In this document: positions 1-9,240 of the stretch, in pieces | Numbering within the stretch: the stretch's first letter is position 1 | Layout of the letters: every line of letters begins with the position of its first letter | Notes under the pieces: model-generated | The model's input: the letters and a program-made list of their open reading frames with translations, nothing else | Databases searched by the model: none | Told to the model about the DNA's origin: nothing | Translations under genes and position numbers: made by a program | NCBI GenBank assembly: GCA_963515435.1 | Contig: CAUPYF010000001.1 | Coordinates: 1 to 36,990 of the forward strand | Source: an uncultured Tannerella sp. | Lineage (GTDB): Bacteria > Bacteroidota > Bacteroidia > Bacteroidales > Tannerellaceae | Reading direction: 5' to 3' | DNA: 36,990 bases

Positions 1-122
1 CGATCCTCGGCGAGGCCGACGAACGCGTGCGGACGCTGCGCCTGACGCTGTCGGCCGAGACGGCGAAAGTGATCTTCACCGCCATGTCGCTCCTCGGAAT
101 CGAAATGCCAGAACGGATGTGA
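1..122 (+). CDS. argS: Arginine--tRNA ligase, 3' end (partial, truncated by window edge)
   Basis: Frame from nt 3 reads ILGEADERVRTLRLTLSAETAKVIFTAMSLLGIEMPERM-stop (TGA 120-122), the typical ArgRS DALR-domain C-terminus. Confidence 0.88.
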   Translation, partial: ILGEADERVRTLRLTLSAETAKVIFTAMSLLGIEMPERM

Positions 123-144
123 TCGGTGGAGCGATCGTTTATCC

Positions 145-170
145 GTAGGGGGATAATGATTCGCCCCTAC
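145..170. repeat. GTAG-type REP-like palindrome (degenerate)
   Basis: GTAGGGG-GATAATGATTCG-CCCCTAC; same GTAGGGG...CCCCTAC ends as the element at 35206-35290. Confidence 0.65.
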
Positions 171-224
171 ATCATGTATCACAATCGGGCACACCCCAAT
201 GCGCCTCTATAATCCAAACCGATC

Positions 225-533
225 ATGGGAATGTTTTCTTTCTACAACGTGCGCAAGCCACGCCAATTCGAGCACAAGCCCATCTACTGGGATCCCCGCA
301 AGGAGAAACTCGAGAAGCGCATCCACAAAGTCAAGATGGAGATGGGCGTGGAAGAGGGCGATTACGAGCAATACAAGGAGGCCATCCGCGGCAGCTTCGT
401 GGAGGGCACGCACCACCTGAAGAAGAGCCGCGAAAAAGGCGACGACGCCCGCGATCGGCTCTATCGCAACATGCGGCTCCTCCTGCTCCTTGCCATCCTG
501 GCTGCCATCTACTGGTTCCTGTACCTCAGGTGA
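225..533 (+). CDS. Conserved Bacteroidota small membrane-anchored protein usually found upstream of mutL
   Basis: RKPRQFEHKPIYWDPRKE N-terminal motif, C-terminal hydrophobic helix, directly upstream of mutL. Confidence 0.8.
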   Translation: MGMFSFYNVRKPRQFEHKPIYWDPRKEKLEKRIHKVKMEMGVEEGDYEQYKEAIRGSFVEGTHHLKKSREKGDDARDRLYRNMRLLLLLAILAAIYWFLYLR

Positions 534-545
534 ATTATCAATGAA

Positions 546-607
546 TAATGATCAATGGTTATCGGGCATCCGAACAGGCCGGTATCCGGATTAATCATTG
601 ATCATTA
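546..607. repeat. Heptamer-built inverted repeat / hairpin between the small gene and mutL
   Basis: TAATGATCAATGGTTA (546-561) vs TAATCATTGATCATTA (592-607), 15/16 complementary; arms made of AATGAAT/AATGATC/AATGGTT-like 7-mers. Confidence 0.7.
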
Positions 608-623
608 ACAATTAACCCAACGA

Positions 624-2426
624 ATGAGCGACATCATCCACTTACTCCCTGACCACATCGCCAACCAGATAGCCGCTGGCGAGGTGATTCAGCGCCCGGC
701 CTCCGTGGTGAAGGAGCTGATGGAAAACGCCGTAGACGCCGGCGCCATGCACATCACCGTCCACATCAAGGAGGCCGGGCGCGCACTGATCCAAGTGATC
801 GACGACGGCAAGGGCATGTCAGAAACCGACGCCCGCATGGCCTTCGAGCGACACGCCACCTCGAAGATCGCCGCCGCCGAAGACCTCTTCTCGCTCCGCA
901 CGATGGGTTTTCGCGGCGAGGCACTGCCCTCCATCGCCGCCGTGGCACAGGTGGAGCTCCGTACACGCGCTCGCGGCACCGAGTTAGGCACACGTCTCAC
1001 GATCGAAGGCTCCGAGCTGATCGACATCGCCCCCGACGCCTGCCCCGAGGGCGCCATCTTCTCCGTCAAGAACCTCTTCTTCAACATCCCCGCCCGGCGG
1101 AAGTTCCTCAAGTCGAACGAGACGGAGTTTCGCAACATCATGACCGAGTTCGAGCGCGTCGTGCTGGCCAACCCCGCCCTCACCTTCCGCCTGCTGCACA
1201 ACGACACCGAGGTGATGAACCTGCCTGCCGCCCCCACTCGCCGCCGCATCGTAGACGTCTTCGGTAAGCACTTCAACCAGCGCCTGCTGCCTGTGGAGAC
1301 GACGACATCGCTCGTTAAGATCGAGGGCTTCATCGGGCGCATCGACACGGTCCGGCGCCGCGGCTATCGCAACTACTTCTTCGTCAACGGCCGCTACATG
1401 CGCCACCCCTATTTCCACAAGGCCGTCACGCAGGCTTACGAGCGCCTGACACCGCCTGGCGAGCTGCCCGACTACTTCATCTACTTCACCCTCGACCCCG
1501 CCGGCATCGACGTGAATATCCACCCAACCAAGACCGAGATCAAGTTTGAGAACGAGCAACCCATCTGGCAGATCCTCGCCGCTGCCGTCCGCGAGGCGCT
1601 CGGCAAGTTCAACGCCGTGCCCAGCATCGACTTCGACACCGAGGGCGCCCTCGACATCCCCATCTACAACCCCGCGGCCGACCACACCGCTGTGAAGCAA
1701 CCCGCCGTGGAGGTCAACCCGCATTACAACCCCTTCCGCTCCGCACCTGCGCCCCTCGCCCCGGATCGCAACTGGGAAAAGCTCTACCAAGACTTCACGA
1801 ACGAAGGCAGCCTCCCCCCGCCCGACGCGCCTGTCGCCCCGCTCTTCCCTGAACCGACCACGGCGACCTCCGCGTGCTTCCAATACAAGAACCGCTACAT
1901 CCTCACCGCCCTCAAGTCCGGCTTGGCCATGATCGACCAGCACCGCGCGCATGTCCGCATCCTTTACGACCGCTACGTCCGCGACGTGCGGGGGCACACG
2001 GCCGTGTCGCAAAAGCTGCTCTTCCCCGAGCTCGTGGAGCTCACTCCTGCCGAAGCCGCGCTGCTACCCTCGCTCCTTGACGGCCTGCATCGCCTCGGCT
2101 TCGAGCTGAGCGCGATGGGAGGGAATAGCTACTCTGTGACGGCTGTCCCCTCAGGCCTCCGCGACGTGAAAGCATCGGAACTGCTGAAGGAGCTGGTAGA
2201 CGGTGCCGCGGATACGCCAGATGCCGTGGGCGACAAGATGGCCGAGGCCTTGGCGTTCTCTTTGGCCCGTTCGGCAGCCATTCGTCCGGGTCGATCGCTC
2301 ACGACGGAGGAGATGGAGGAGATGGTCGCCACGCTCTTCTCCACGGAGTCGAACCGCATCACGCCGGATGGCAAGCCAGTGCTGATTCTTCTCACCGACG
2401 ACGAGTTAGCGACGCGTTTCCGGTAG
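624..2426 (+). CDS. mutL: DNA mismatch repair endonuclease MutL
   Basis: NQIAAGEVIQRPASVVKELMEN, RHATSKI, TMGFRGEAL, DVNIHPTK and C-terminal IDQHRAHVRI motifs. Confidence 0.98.
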   Translation: MSDIIHLLPDHIANQIAAGEVIQRPASVVKELMENAVDAGAMHITVHIKEAGRALIQVIDDGKGMSETDARMAFERHATSKIAAAEDLFSLRTMGFRGEALPSIAAVAQVELRTRARGTELGTRLTIEGSELIDIAPDACPEGAIFSVKNLFFNIPARRKFLKSNETEFRNIMTEFERVVLANPALTFRLLHNDTEVMNLPAAPTRRRIVDVFGKHFNQRLLPVETTTSLVKIEGFIGRIDTVRRRGYRNYFFVNGRYMRHPYFHKAVTQAYERLTPPGELPDYFIYFTLDPAGIDVNIHPTKTEIKFENEQPIWQILAAAVREALGKFNAVPSIDFDTEGALDIPIYNPAADHTAVKQPAVEVNPHYNPFRSAPAPLAPDRNWEKLYQDFTNEGSLPPPDAPVAPLFPEPTTATSACFQYKNRYILTALKSGLAMIDQHRAHVRILYDRYVRDVRGHTAVSQKLLFPELVELTPAEAALLPSLLDGLHRLGFELSAMGGNSYSVTAVPSGLRDVKASELLKELVDGAADTPDAVGDKMAEALAFSLARSAAIRPGRSLTTEEMEEMVATLFSTESNRITPDGKPVLILLTDDELATRFR

Positions 2427-2569
2427 GAGAGGCATACTCTTAATGTCTCGATCGATAAAGTGCCTCTCTTCATATGCGAAGTGGGGCACTTTGCGCTTAT
2501 TTGTAAAACGTGAGTTCGACGTAAAAAATCCATTTCCCCGCACCGAGGGAAGCACCTTCTCCAATGACT

Positions 2570-2661
2570 CACAAACAAAGGATGTGTTGCGTCACTCACA
2601 AAGCATGCGTTGTGTCACTCACAAAGCATGTGTTGCGACACTCACAAAGCATGCGTTGCGA
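2570..2661. repeat. 23-bp tandem repeat (4 units plus partial), consensus CACTCACAAAGCATGYGTTGYGW
   Basis: Units start at 2570, 2593, 2616, 2639; head-to-tail, no spacers; between convergent genes. Confidence 0.92.
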
Positions 2662-2698
2662 CACACATGACAATACGGTGCATACACATTGTGTTGCT

Positions 2699-4375
2699 TC
2701 AGAATGTAACAAACAGTGAGGCTCCCGCCCAACGCTCATCGTGTCGATCGGGCGTGGGGGAGACCATCGGCGCGGTGGAAGCAAAACCGATTTCGCCCGT
2801 GTAGGCGGCGTCCGGCGAACGGCGGCCGCGGGTGAGTAGGAAGCGCAGCGTCGCACCGACGGCGTAACCTCGAAACTTGCGCAGGTAGGTAGCCGTCGCA
2901 CTGATGGTAGTGAACGTGGCCGCCCGGTAGGCGTAGGGGGCGAAGGCGTGTTGGAAATCGAGGTGCTGAATGCTGCGGTTGGCGATGTCCACGCGGTAGC
3001 GACCGCCGGTGGGGAGGCTGCGGCCACCGACGAGCGAGAGGTCGAGGGCGGAGCGCGGGCGATCCATATGGAAGTCGAGCATGACATGCGGAAGGGCCGA
3101 GGTGTTGCGGATCTCATAGGGCTCGCTGCGGTACGTCTCCCGCCGCGACGTGAGTAGTGCGCCGAGGCTCAGCCCGAGGGTATAATCCCGTGCGGGGCGG
3201 AGGCTGAAGCCGGCACGCACGAGGTTTTCGGAGTGTCTACAGGCGTAGCGCCGGCGGGTGTCGATCAGGCGGTAATCGTAGACGTGGTGTGTCTCGTCGG
3301 CCAAGTATTGTTCATAGATATGCTCAAGGCCTTGGCGGCGCGCGATGTCGGCATCGACGAGGAGTGAGAGCGTGAGGCACGGCGCGGCTTTCCAGCGCAC
3401 GTCGAGGGTGGGTGCGAGGCGGTGGGTGCGCGATCCGTAGAGATTGAGTGTGTAGCGACTCTCCTCCGTCTCCATGCTTTGATGGGTGTAGCCGAGTCCG
3501 AGCGTGAGGCTGAGTGGGCGATCGTCGGGTGAACGATAGACGAGGTGGGCGGTATGCTCGGAGGCGTAATACATGCGTGAATAGCCGAAGAGGACAGCAC
3601 TCTGGTGCACGTCGTAAAGGCCGAATCCGTACGTGACGAAGAAGCGATCCTGCTGCGCAGGGCGCCAGTAACGCAGCGAGACGTGCTGCTTGTAGCGCCC
3701 GATGGAGCCTTGCAGCATGAGGAGGTGGCCGGCGCCGAAGCGGCGTGCCAGCCCGATGTCGGCACGTAGCTCCGTGGTGTTCGTCAGCGCGCGCGGGTCG
3801 GTCTGGCGGTGTGCCTGTTCGCCGGAGAAGACGCCGCGCAGGCCGAGGCTCCACCCTGCCAATGGGAAGGCATATCCGCCCTCGATGGCGTAATGCTCGA
3901 AGCGGAAGTCGCCGCCAGTGGAGTCGGTAGAGATGTAAGGCAGATAACGTTCGGGGTCGCGCATGGCGCTCCAGCCGATGCCCTCGTGGCGGCCTCGGGC
4001 GTAGCGGACGGAGCCGAAGAGCGTGCCGCCGCCTGATCGTGGGGTGTACTCGCCTCCGCCGGTTAGGCCGATGTCAGAGAAGGCGTGGCCCTCGTAAGGC
4101 AGGAAGTCGCCGTCCATACGGCCGTTGGCGCCGCCAAGGGTGACGACGGAGCGGGGGGCGAAGGCGGTGCTGTCGGTCACAGGCTGGAGGTGTCGGTAAG
4201 CGGGATTAGCGTAGCAAAGGTGCATTCGGCGGATGTCGGCGTCGATGGAGAGTCGGTCGTAGCGCACTTCGGCCGGTGAGAGTGGCGTGCGGTAACGTTC
4301 TGTGAGGTGGGCGGCGCGTTCCTGTGCGGCGCCGATCAGCGGAAGGAGAAGCAAGGGGAGGAGTAGTTGTTTCAT
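2699..4375 (-). CDS. Outer-membrane beta-barrel protein, DUF6850-like
   Basis: Signal peptide, amphipathic beta strands, YLPYISTDSTGGD and RQTDPRALT motifs, terminal Phe (ASLFVTF); start overlaps the TBDT stop codon. Confidence 0.75.
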   Translation of the reverse strand: MKQLLLPLLLLPLIGAAQERAAHLTERYRTPLSPAEVRYDRLSIDADIRRMHLCYANPAYRHLQPVTDSTAFAPRSVVTLGGANGRMDGDFLPYEGHAFSDIGLTGGGEYTPRSGGGTLFGSVRYARGRHEGIGWSAMRDPERYLPYISTDSTGGDFRFEHYAIEGGYAFPLAGWSLGLRGVFSGEQAHRQTDPRALTNTTELRADIGLARRFGAGHLLMLQGSIGRYKQHVSLRYWRPAQQDRFFVTYGFGLYDVHQSAVLFGYSRMYYASEHTAHLVYRSPDDRPLSLTLGLGYTHQSMETEESRYTLNLYGSRTHRLAPTLDVRWKAAPCLTLSLLVDADIARRQGLEHIYEQYLADETHHVYDYRLIDTRRRYACRHSENLVRAGFSLRPARDYTLGLSLGALLTSRRETYRSEPYEIRNTSALPHVMLDFHMDRPRSALDLSLVGGRSLPTGGRYRVDIANRSIQHLDFQHAFAPYAYRAATFTTISATATYLRKFRGYAVGATLRFLLTRGRRSPDAAYTGEIGFASTAPMVSPTPDRHDERWAGASLFVTF

Positions 4376-7158
4376 CAGTTGAGATTCAATAAGAGTTCAA
4401 GCCCGAAGTAGGGGTCGGTCCATTCGCGCTCCGTTGTCTTTTCGCCGGAGATGTATTTGGGATGGATGTCGAGGATGCCGTTAACAAAGAAGGAAAGCTG
4501 GGCATAGCGGTTGAATTCCTTCGTGGCCTTGATGTTCCAGAGGAATGTGATGGGCTTCGCGTCGCGAGCGTAGCGGATAGGGAGGACGGTTTTCTTCAGG
4601 TGACGGAAGGTCATGTCGTCCGAGTCGATGCGGTCGCGCTCGGCCGGGGTGACGGTGTGTGTGCGACCTTCGAGATCCATGTAGGCGTAAGGAAACTTCT
4701 GCCGCGTGTCACGGTATTGCTGCGTGTTAAGCCAAACGAACTGCAAGTAGTTGGTGAAGATCAGCTTGAACTTCGGGATATGCGTGTTGAGCCAAATATT
4801 CGTGTTCAAGCGGCGATATTCCTGCTGCGGATCGGTGGCGTAGATGCCGACATAGGGGTAAGGCCGGTCGGCGATGCGTAGGTCGGGGCGGTAATACTCC
4901 GGCTGCGAGGAGCCGTAGTTGGTGCGGTAATAGGCGCCGTTCAGCTCCACGGTGGTGGCCAGCGGCTCGATGCGCGGCAGGATGAGGCGGTACTCCACGC
5001 CGCGTTTCTCCGTCTTGCGGCTGTTCATCACGCGCGGATAAGTGGTGAAGAGGCTATATCGTTCTTTGATGTAGTCTTCTTTTTGCGGCACACGTCCGCT
5101 GATGTCCGCGCCCGGGCGCAGTGTGTTGTAGAGATCGTACGTGAGGGGGCGGTAGACTGTGAAGTACTCGAAGCCGGAGGTGGTCTTTTCGTAGAAGGCC
5201 GTCACGAAGAGGTCGAAGCCGGCGAAAGTCGCATCCCAGCCGACCTCTATCTTGCGATTGCGGTTCTCGCGCAGGTCGTGGTTCGTCACGTCAAACACGT
5301 CCGTGAAAGTGATCAGCCGGCGCAAGTCTTCGCGGTCGGTGTAAGCGTTGAGCATGTAGAAGTCTTTGTAGATGCGATCAGGGTAGAGGTAATCCAGCGT
5401 AGGAAACTTGTTCTCCATGCCAAAGCCGACGCGAAGGGTGTTGCGCATAGCGCCACCGAAGGTGAACGAGGCGTTCAGACGCGGTTCGGACGGTGTGCGG
5501 TGAGCTAAGGCATAAGCGGCATCGAGGTTGAACATATGACTGATACGTCCGCCGGCAGAGAGCCGGAGGCGACTGCCGCCGGGCGCCTCATAGCGCAGCT
5601 CGAGGAGTGCGTACGCTGCGCCGACAGCCAAAGCGGGGATCGCACTGTTCTTGCGCGGCCGCATGTAGGAGTTATCGTAAGGGAATGGCGGGCGTGCTTC
5701 GTCTTCGATGATCGCGCCGTCGCCGAAGTTCTTCGCGTGGCGGAAGTCGGCGCCGTACTGGGCACGCAGGCTGGCATGGTCGGTGAGGCGCAGCGACGAC
5801 GTGGCGTGCAGCTGCACAAACGTGTTCAGCGGACGGTTCTCGACGCGGAAATCGCTGTAATACTTGCCTGGCAGATAGCGTCCTTCGTGCTCGCCTGGCT
5901 CCTTGGCTAAGGGCACACTCAGCGGGCCGGAGGAGGAGATGACCATCTTATGCCTCTTGATGCGGTCGTTGACGAGGTCGGAGGAGAGGATCAGCTCCAC
6001 GCGATCCACCCAGTGGCGCCCCGTCGTCAGGTCGGCCTTGACCGAAAGCGCCGTGCGGGAATAGTCGGCCTCGTAGCGCTCATCGTATTCGTCAATCAGC
6101 TCGTCCTTCTTCATGCGGCCCACGGTCAGCGTCTGGTTGAGCTTCATCTCCAAGTCCAGTGTCGCATCACCACGTCGCAGCTGGTTGCTGTAGAAGGCTT
6201 GCGCCGTGACGCGTGAGAACTGATCCGTGGCTTCGCGGATGTCGTCCACCGTATGCAGCCAGTCGGCGCCCAAGTGCAGCGTGCCCGCGTGTTCGGACAG
6301 CTTGAAGCCTTTGCCGACGTATGCCAGTTTGTTCTTCAGCTCCGTCTTCATGCGCACGTTGAAGGGAGTGACGCCGCGCTTGGAGCGCACAGAAATGAGG
6401 CCGTCGGAGAGGTTGCCATAGCGTGGCGAGGCGATGCCGCGCACAAACTCGACGCTCTGGATATGGTCGGTGGAGACGAGCCGCATGTCCACGCCGCGGT
6501 TCATCCCCGTGCGGTTACGAATCTCCGTATCGCCGATGCGCGAAGAAGTGTTGTCCGTCACGCCGATCAACTGTGTGCGCATGCCGTCGTTCGAGATGGG
6601 CGCACCGTCAGCCACCACGGCCACGCCGAGCGAGGTATTGGCGTCGCTGCCCACCTGCCGCGTGGAGATCTGCATGAAGCGTCCCATGTTGTTATCGCGG
6701 TGGATGTTGCCGGGCAGGAGCACGAAGATGTCGGCCAGGGATGTCGGCTGGATATACTCAATGGCAGCACGCCCGACGGTCAACTTCTCTTTCGTGGTGC
6801 GCCCAGCCATCACCTCCACCTCCTTCAGGGCGATGCTGGCCACGGCCATACGGAAAACGAACTCGCGGTCGGCCTGCATGTCGACGGTGTAAGTCGTCGG
6901 GTTGAAACCAAGGCACGTGACGTGCAGCCGCAGCTGTTGGCCGGCCGGCACGCGGCTTAGCACGAAGCGGCCGTTGATGTCGCAGACGGTTTGAAACTGT
7001 TGATCGTCTGACGCGACAAGCGCGAAGCCCACCGGACTGCCATCGGCGGCAGAAACGACCGTGCCCCGCAGCGTGACAAATCGGCCGGACTCGTTGGCTT
7101 GTACATGAGCGATCGAGAGGAAAAGGAGAAAAAGGAGGAGGGGGGTATGTTTGTTCAT
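4375..7158 (-). CDS. TonB-dependent outer-membrane transporter with N-terminal carboxypeptidase-regulatory-like domain
   Basis: Signal peptide from ATG 7158 (MNKHTPLLLFLLFLSIAHVQA), NTE domain, plug motif GVDMRLVSTDHIQSVEFVRGIASPRYGNLSDG, C-terminal PYFGLELLLNLN. Start moved from the ORF-track TTG at 7251. Confidence 0.92.
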   Translation of the reverse strand: MNKHTPLLLFLLFLSIAHVQANESGRFVTLRGTVVSAADGSPVGFALVASDDQQFQTVCDINGRFVLSRVPAGQQLRLHVTCLGFNPTTYTVDMQADREFVFRMAVASIALKEVEVMAGRTTKEKLTVGRAAIEYIQPTSLADIFVLLPGNIHRDNNMGRFMQISTRQVGSDANTSLGVAVVADGAPISNDGMRTQLIGVTDNTSSRIGDTEIRNRTGMNRGVDMRLVSTDHIQSVEFVRGIASPRYGNLSDGLISVRSKRGVTPFNVRMKTELKNKLAYVGKGFKLSEHAGTLHLGADWLHTVDDIREATDQFSRVTAQAFYSNQLRRGDATLDLEMKLNQTLTVGRMKKDELIDEYDERYEADYSRTALSVKADLTTGRHWVDRVELILSSDLVNDRIKRHKMVISSSGPLSVPLAKEPGEHEGRYLPGKYYSDFRVENRPLNTFVQLHATSSLRLTDHASLRAQYGADFRHAKNFGDGAIIEDEARPPFPYDNSYMRPRKNSAIPALAVGAAYALLELRYEAPGGSRLRLSAGGRISHMFNLDAAYALAHRTPSEPRLNASFTFGGAMRNTLRVGFGMENKFPTLDYLYPDRIYKDFYMLNAYTDREDLRRLITFTDVFDVTNHDLRENRNRKIEVGWDATFAGFDLFVTAFYEKTTSGFEYFTVYRPLTYDLYNTLRPGADISGRVPQKEDYIKERYSLFTTYPRVMNSRKTEKRGVEYRLILPRIEPLATTVELNGAYYRTNYGSSQPEYYRPDLRIADRPYPYVGIYATDPQQEYRRLNTNIWLNTHIPKFKLIFTNYLQFVWLNTQQYRDTRQKFPYAYMDLEGRTHTVTPAERDRIDSDDMTFRHLKKTVLPIRYARDAKPITFLWNIKATKEFNRYAQLSFFVNGILDIHPKYISGEKTTEREWTDPYFGLELLLNLN

Positions 7159-7241
7159 AAGCGAGGAAAAAGGAAGGCTATATAATGAATCGTGTGGGGC
7201 GGGTTGATGAAGGGCACAGAGAGTAAATCGGCTGCGGAAAA

Positions 7242-7446
7242 CGTTTTTCAAGAAAAAAGCCCCATTTCCCGCCGCATAAAACCGTTTTTCGGAAAATTTC
7301 CCCCATTTCCCGCTTCATTTTAGCGTTTCTGAGAAATTTTGATCGGTTTCGTGCCGCGGGAAGGCGTTTTCGGAAGTCCGAGATCGGTCTCGCGTTTCAT
7401 TTTGTCGTTTCGCGAAATCGGAGATCGGCTTCGCATTTCAGGAAAC
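7242..7446. repeat. Degenerate 41-bp periodic array (5 units)
   Basis: CGTTT begins exactly at 7242, 7283, 7324, 7365, 7406; units 1-2 share CCCCATTTCCCGC, units 3-5 share GATCGG at the same offset. Confidence 0.85.
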
Positions 7447-7616
7447 AGAATAACGAAAAGCCAAGCCCCCTCTACCCCGACCTTCTTAAATCGTAGAGAA
7501 TGCCTACCCCCATACAATCCCGTTACAGAGCCAAAAGGAAGTGATTTGACGTAACAAGAGAGAAGCCGCAGACGGCCCCTCTCTTGTCATACCTACCTAT
7601 CATCTATAGGGACTTT

Positions 7617-8894
7617 CTACTTCTTGTCGCGCCAGCCTTTGGGGTAGCTGTTCTGGCCCTTCTTCATAATGAAGTCGACGGTGGAGTTGTTCGTGTCCTT
7701 GTAGTAGATCTTGTTGCCTACGCGGATCTCGCGGCGGATGGCCAGCTCCTGGCGGTGGCAACCGTTGACGATGAACTTACCGCGATCCACCTTCTCCGGA
7801 ATCACGCGCGTCTTGATGTCCTGCGGCACATCGCTCGTTTGTACACCGTCGAGGATGAGATCGGTTTTGACGCTGATGATGCTGATCTCAATTGTGTCAG
7901 CCGGCGTGTCCTTCGTCTTCGGAACTGCTGTCATCGATTTTGTTGTGTTCTCGCGAATGAATTTCTCTACGGTGGCCTTTTCGCCATTCTCTAACTTAAA
8001 GAGTAGTGGGGAAACATAGCCACGAGGGTGGAGAAAGAAGCCGTACGAGCCATTCTTTTCCGTATGGTCCGTGACGATCATGTTCGGCACGTCGGGGTTA
8101 TCAATATCCTTCGTTTCAGGTCCTTCGTAGATCTCAAAGTCAGCGCCGGTGAGGTCTACGGCATGATCATATCCCTTCACTTTGGAGTGATTGGCGGCCG
8201 TGAAGGCGATGACAAGGCGTTCGCCCGGCTGTACAGGGTGTTCGTGCCCGTTGCCCGGGACGGTGACGAATCCGCCGATGGGTACGCGATCAGGGTAATA
8301 CGTGTCGTACCACAGCGCCTTCTTAGCAAAAGAGAAGTGCTGCGTAACGGCCATCGAAACGCCATCCGCATAGAGTACTTCCGAGGTCGGGTTGAAGAGC
8401 ACAAAGTACTGGTCGGGGTGCATCATGCGGCCGGAGTTCGTCTCGCCGTTGAAGAAGATCTCACTAAAGATGAAATCCTTCCCCGTGGCTCCTGCGGCCG
8501 TCACGTTCACGCGTCCCTCAATGGTCTGGCCGGCAGCGTTGATTGATACATTCTCCATCCGTGCCGAAACAACGAGCGAATCCGTCCCCTGCGGATTCTT
8601 GACGCGCTCTTCGATCGATACATCATACGTTCCCTTGTCTAAGTTGACCGTGCCCATGCCCTTCTCATCGAGCACACAGTCCGTCGCGTTCTTGCTGCGC
8701 ACCTCGGTGAAGACCACCTTCAGTCCTTTCATCATCTCGGCTGTGAGTGTGCCCTTCACGGCTTCTTTAGCTCGAAACGTGACCGCGACTTTCTCATTCG
8801 TCGGGTTCACCGGGCCCTCCTCATCGCTACATGAGGCCATGCCCACGGCTATCAGCGCCACGGCCGTCATCCATACGTAAATCTTTTTCATCAT
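7617..8894 (-). CDS. DUF4876-family surface lipoprotein
   Basis: Lipobox MAS-C followed by acidic SDEE; IFSEIFFNG, DQYFVLFNPTSEVLYADG and DTNNSTVDF motifs. Confidence 0.82.
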   Translation of the reverse strand: MMKKIYVWMTAVALIAVGMASCSDEEGPVNPTNEKVAVTFRAKEAVKGTLTAEMMKGLKVVFTEVRSKNATDCVLDEKGMGTVNLDKGTYDVSIEERVKNPQGTDSLVVSARMENVSINAAGQTIEGRVNVTAAGATGKDFIFSEIFFNGETNSGRMMHPDQYFVLFNPTSEVLYADGVSMAVTQHFSFAKKALWYDTYYPDRVPIGGFVTVPGNGHEHPVQPGERLVIAFTAANHSKVKGYDHAVDLTGADFEIYEGPETKDIDNPDVPNMIVTDHTEKNGSYGFFLHPRGYVSPLLFKLENGEKATVEKFIRENTTKSMTAVPKTKDTPADTIEISIISVKTDLILDGVQTSDVPQDIKTRVIPEKVDRGKFIVNGCHRQELAIRREIRVGNKIYYKDTNNSTVDFIMKKGQNSYPKGWRDKK

Positions 8895-9240
8895 TTCTGT
8901 TTGTGTTTATTGTGATCCATTAATTAGTGAATTGTGGTGCAAAGAACCTTCGCGACGCGTATCCTAACAATCCCAATTTGTGGGTAAAAGCCCGCTGGGA
9001 GATAGCCGAAAGCGGTTAGGTGCTTTGTATTAACTACAAGGCAATGAGGATACATTGGGGGCTCACATTTCAGCCTTTCCGGTTTTCGTTACGCGCGGAG
9101 TAATACACAATTCATTTCCGTTGGACGATAAAACGAGGCGCCTCCAGTGTGGATACGCCTTATTGAACGTGAGAGATCCTTCCGGCATGCCGCATGCTGA
9201 GTGGCTCTTACATCGAACTGATGTTAATCTCCATTCTCTA

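Noticed and set aside
2570..2661. CRISPR array
   Set aside because: Units are contiguous with no unique spacers, and there are no cas genes in the window
8950..9240. Riboswitch, sRNA or small ORF upstream of the DUF4876 gene
   Set aside because: No cobalamin, TPP or other aptamer consensus recognised; the short ORF has no support; an Rfam scan would be needed
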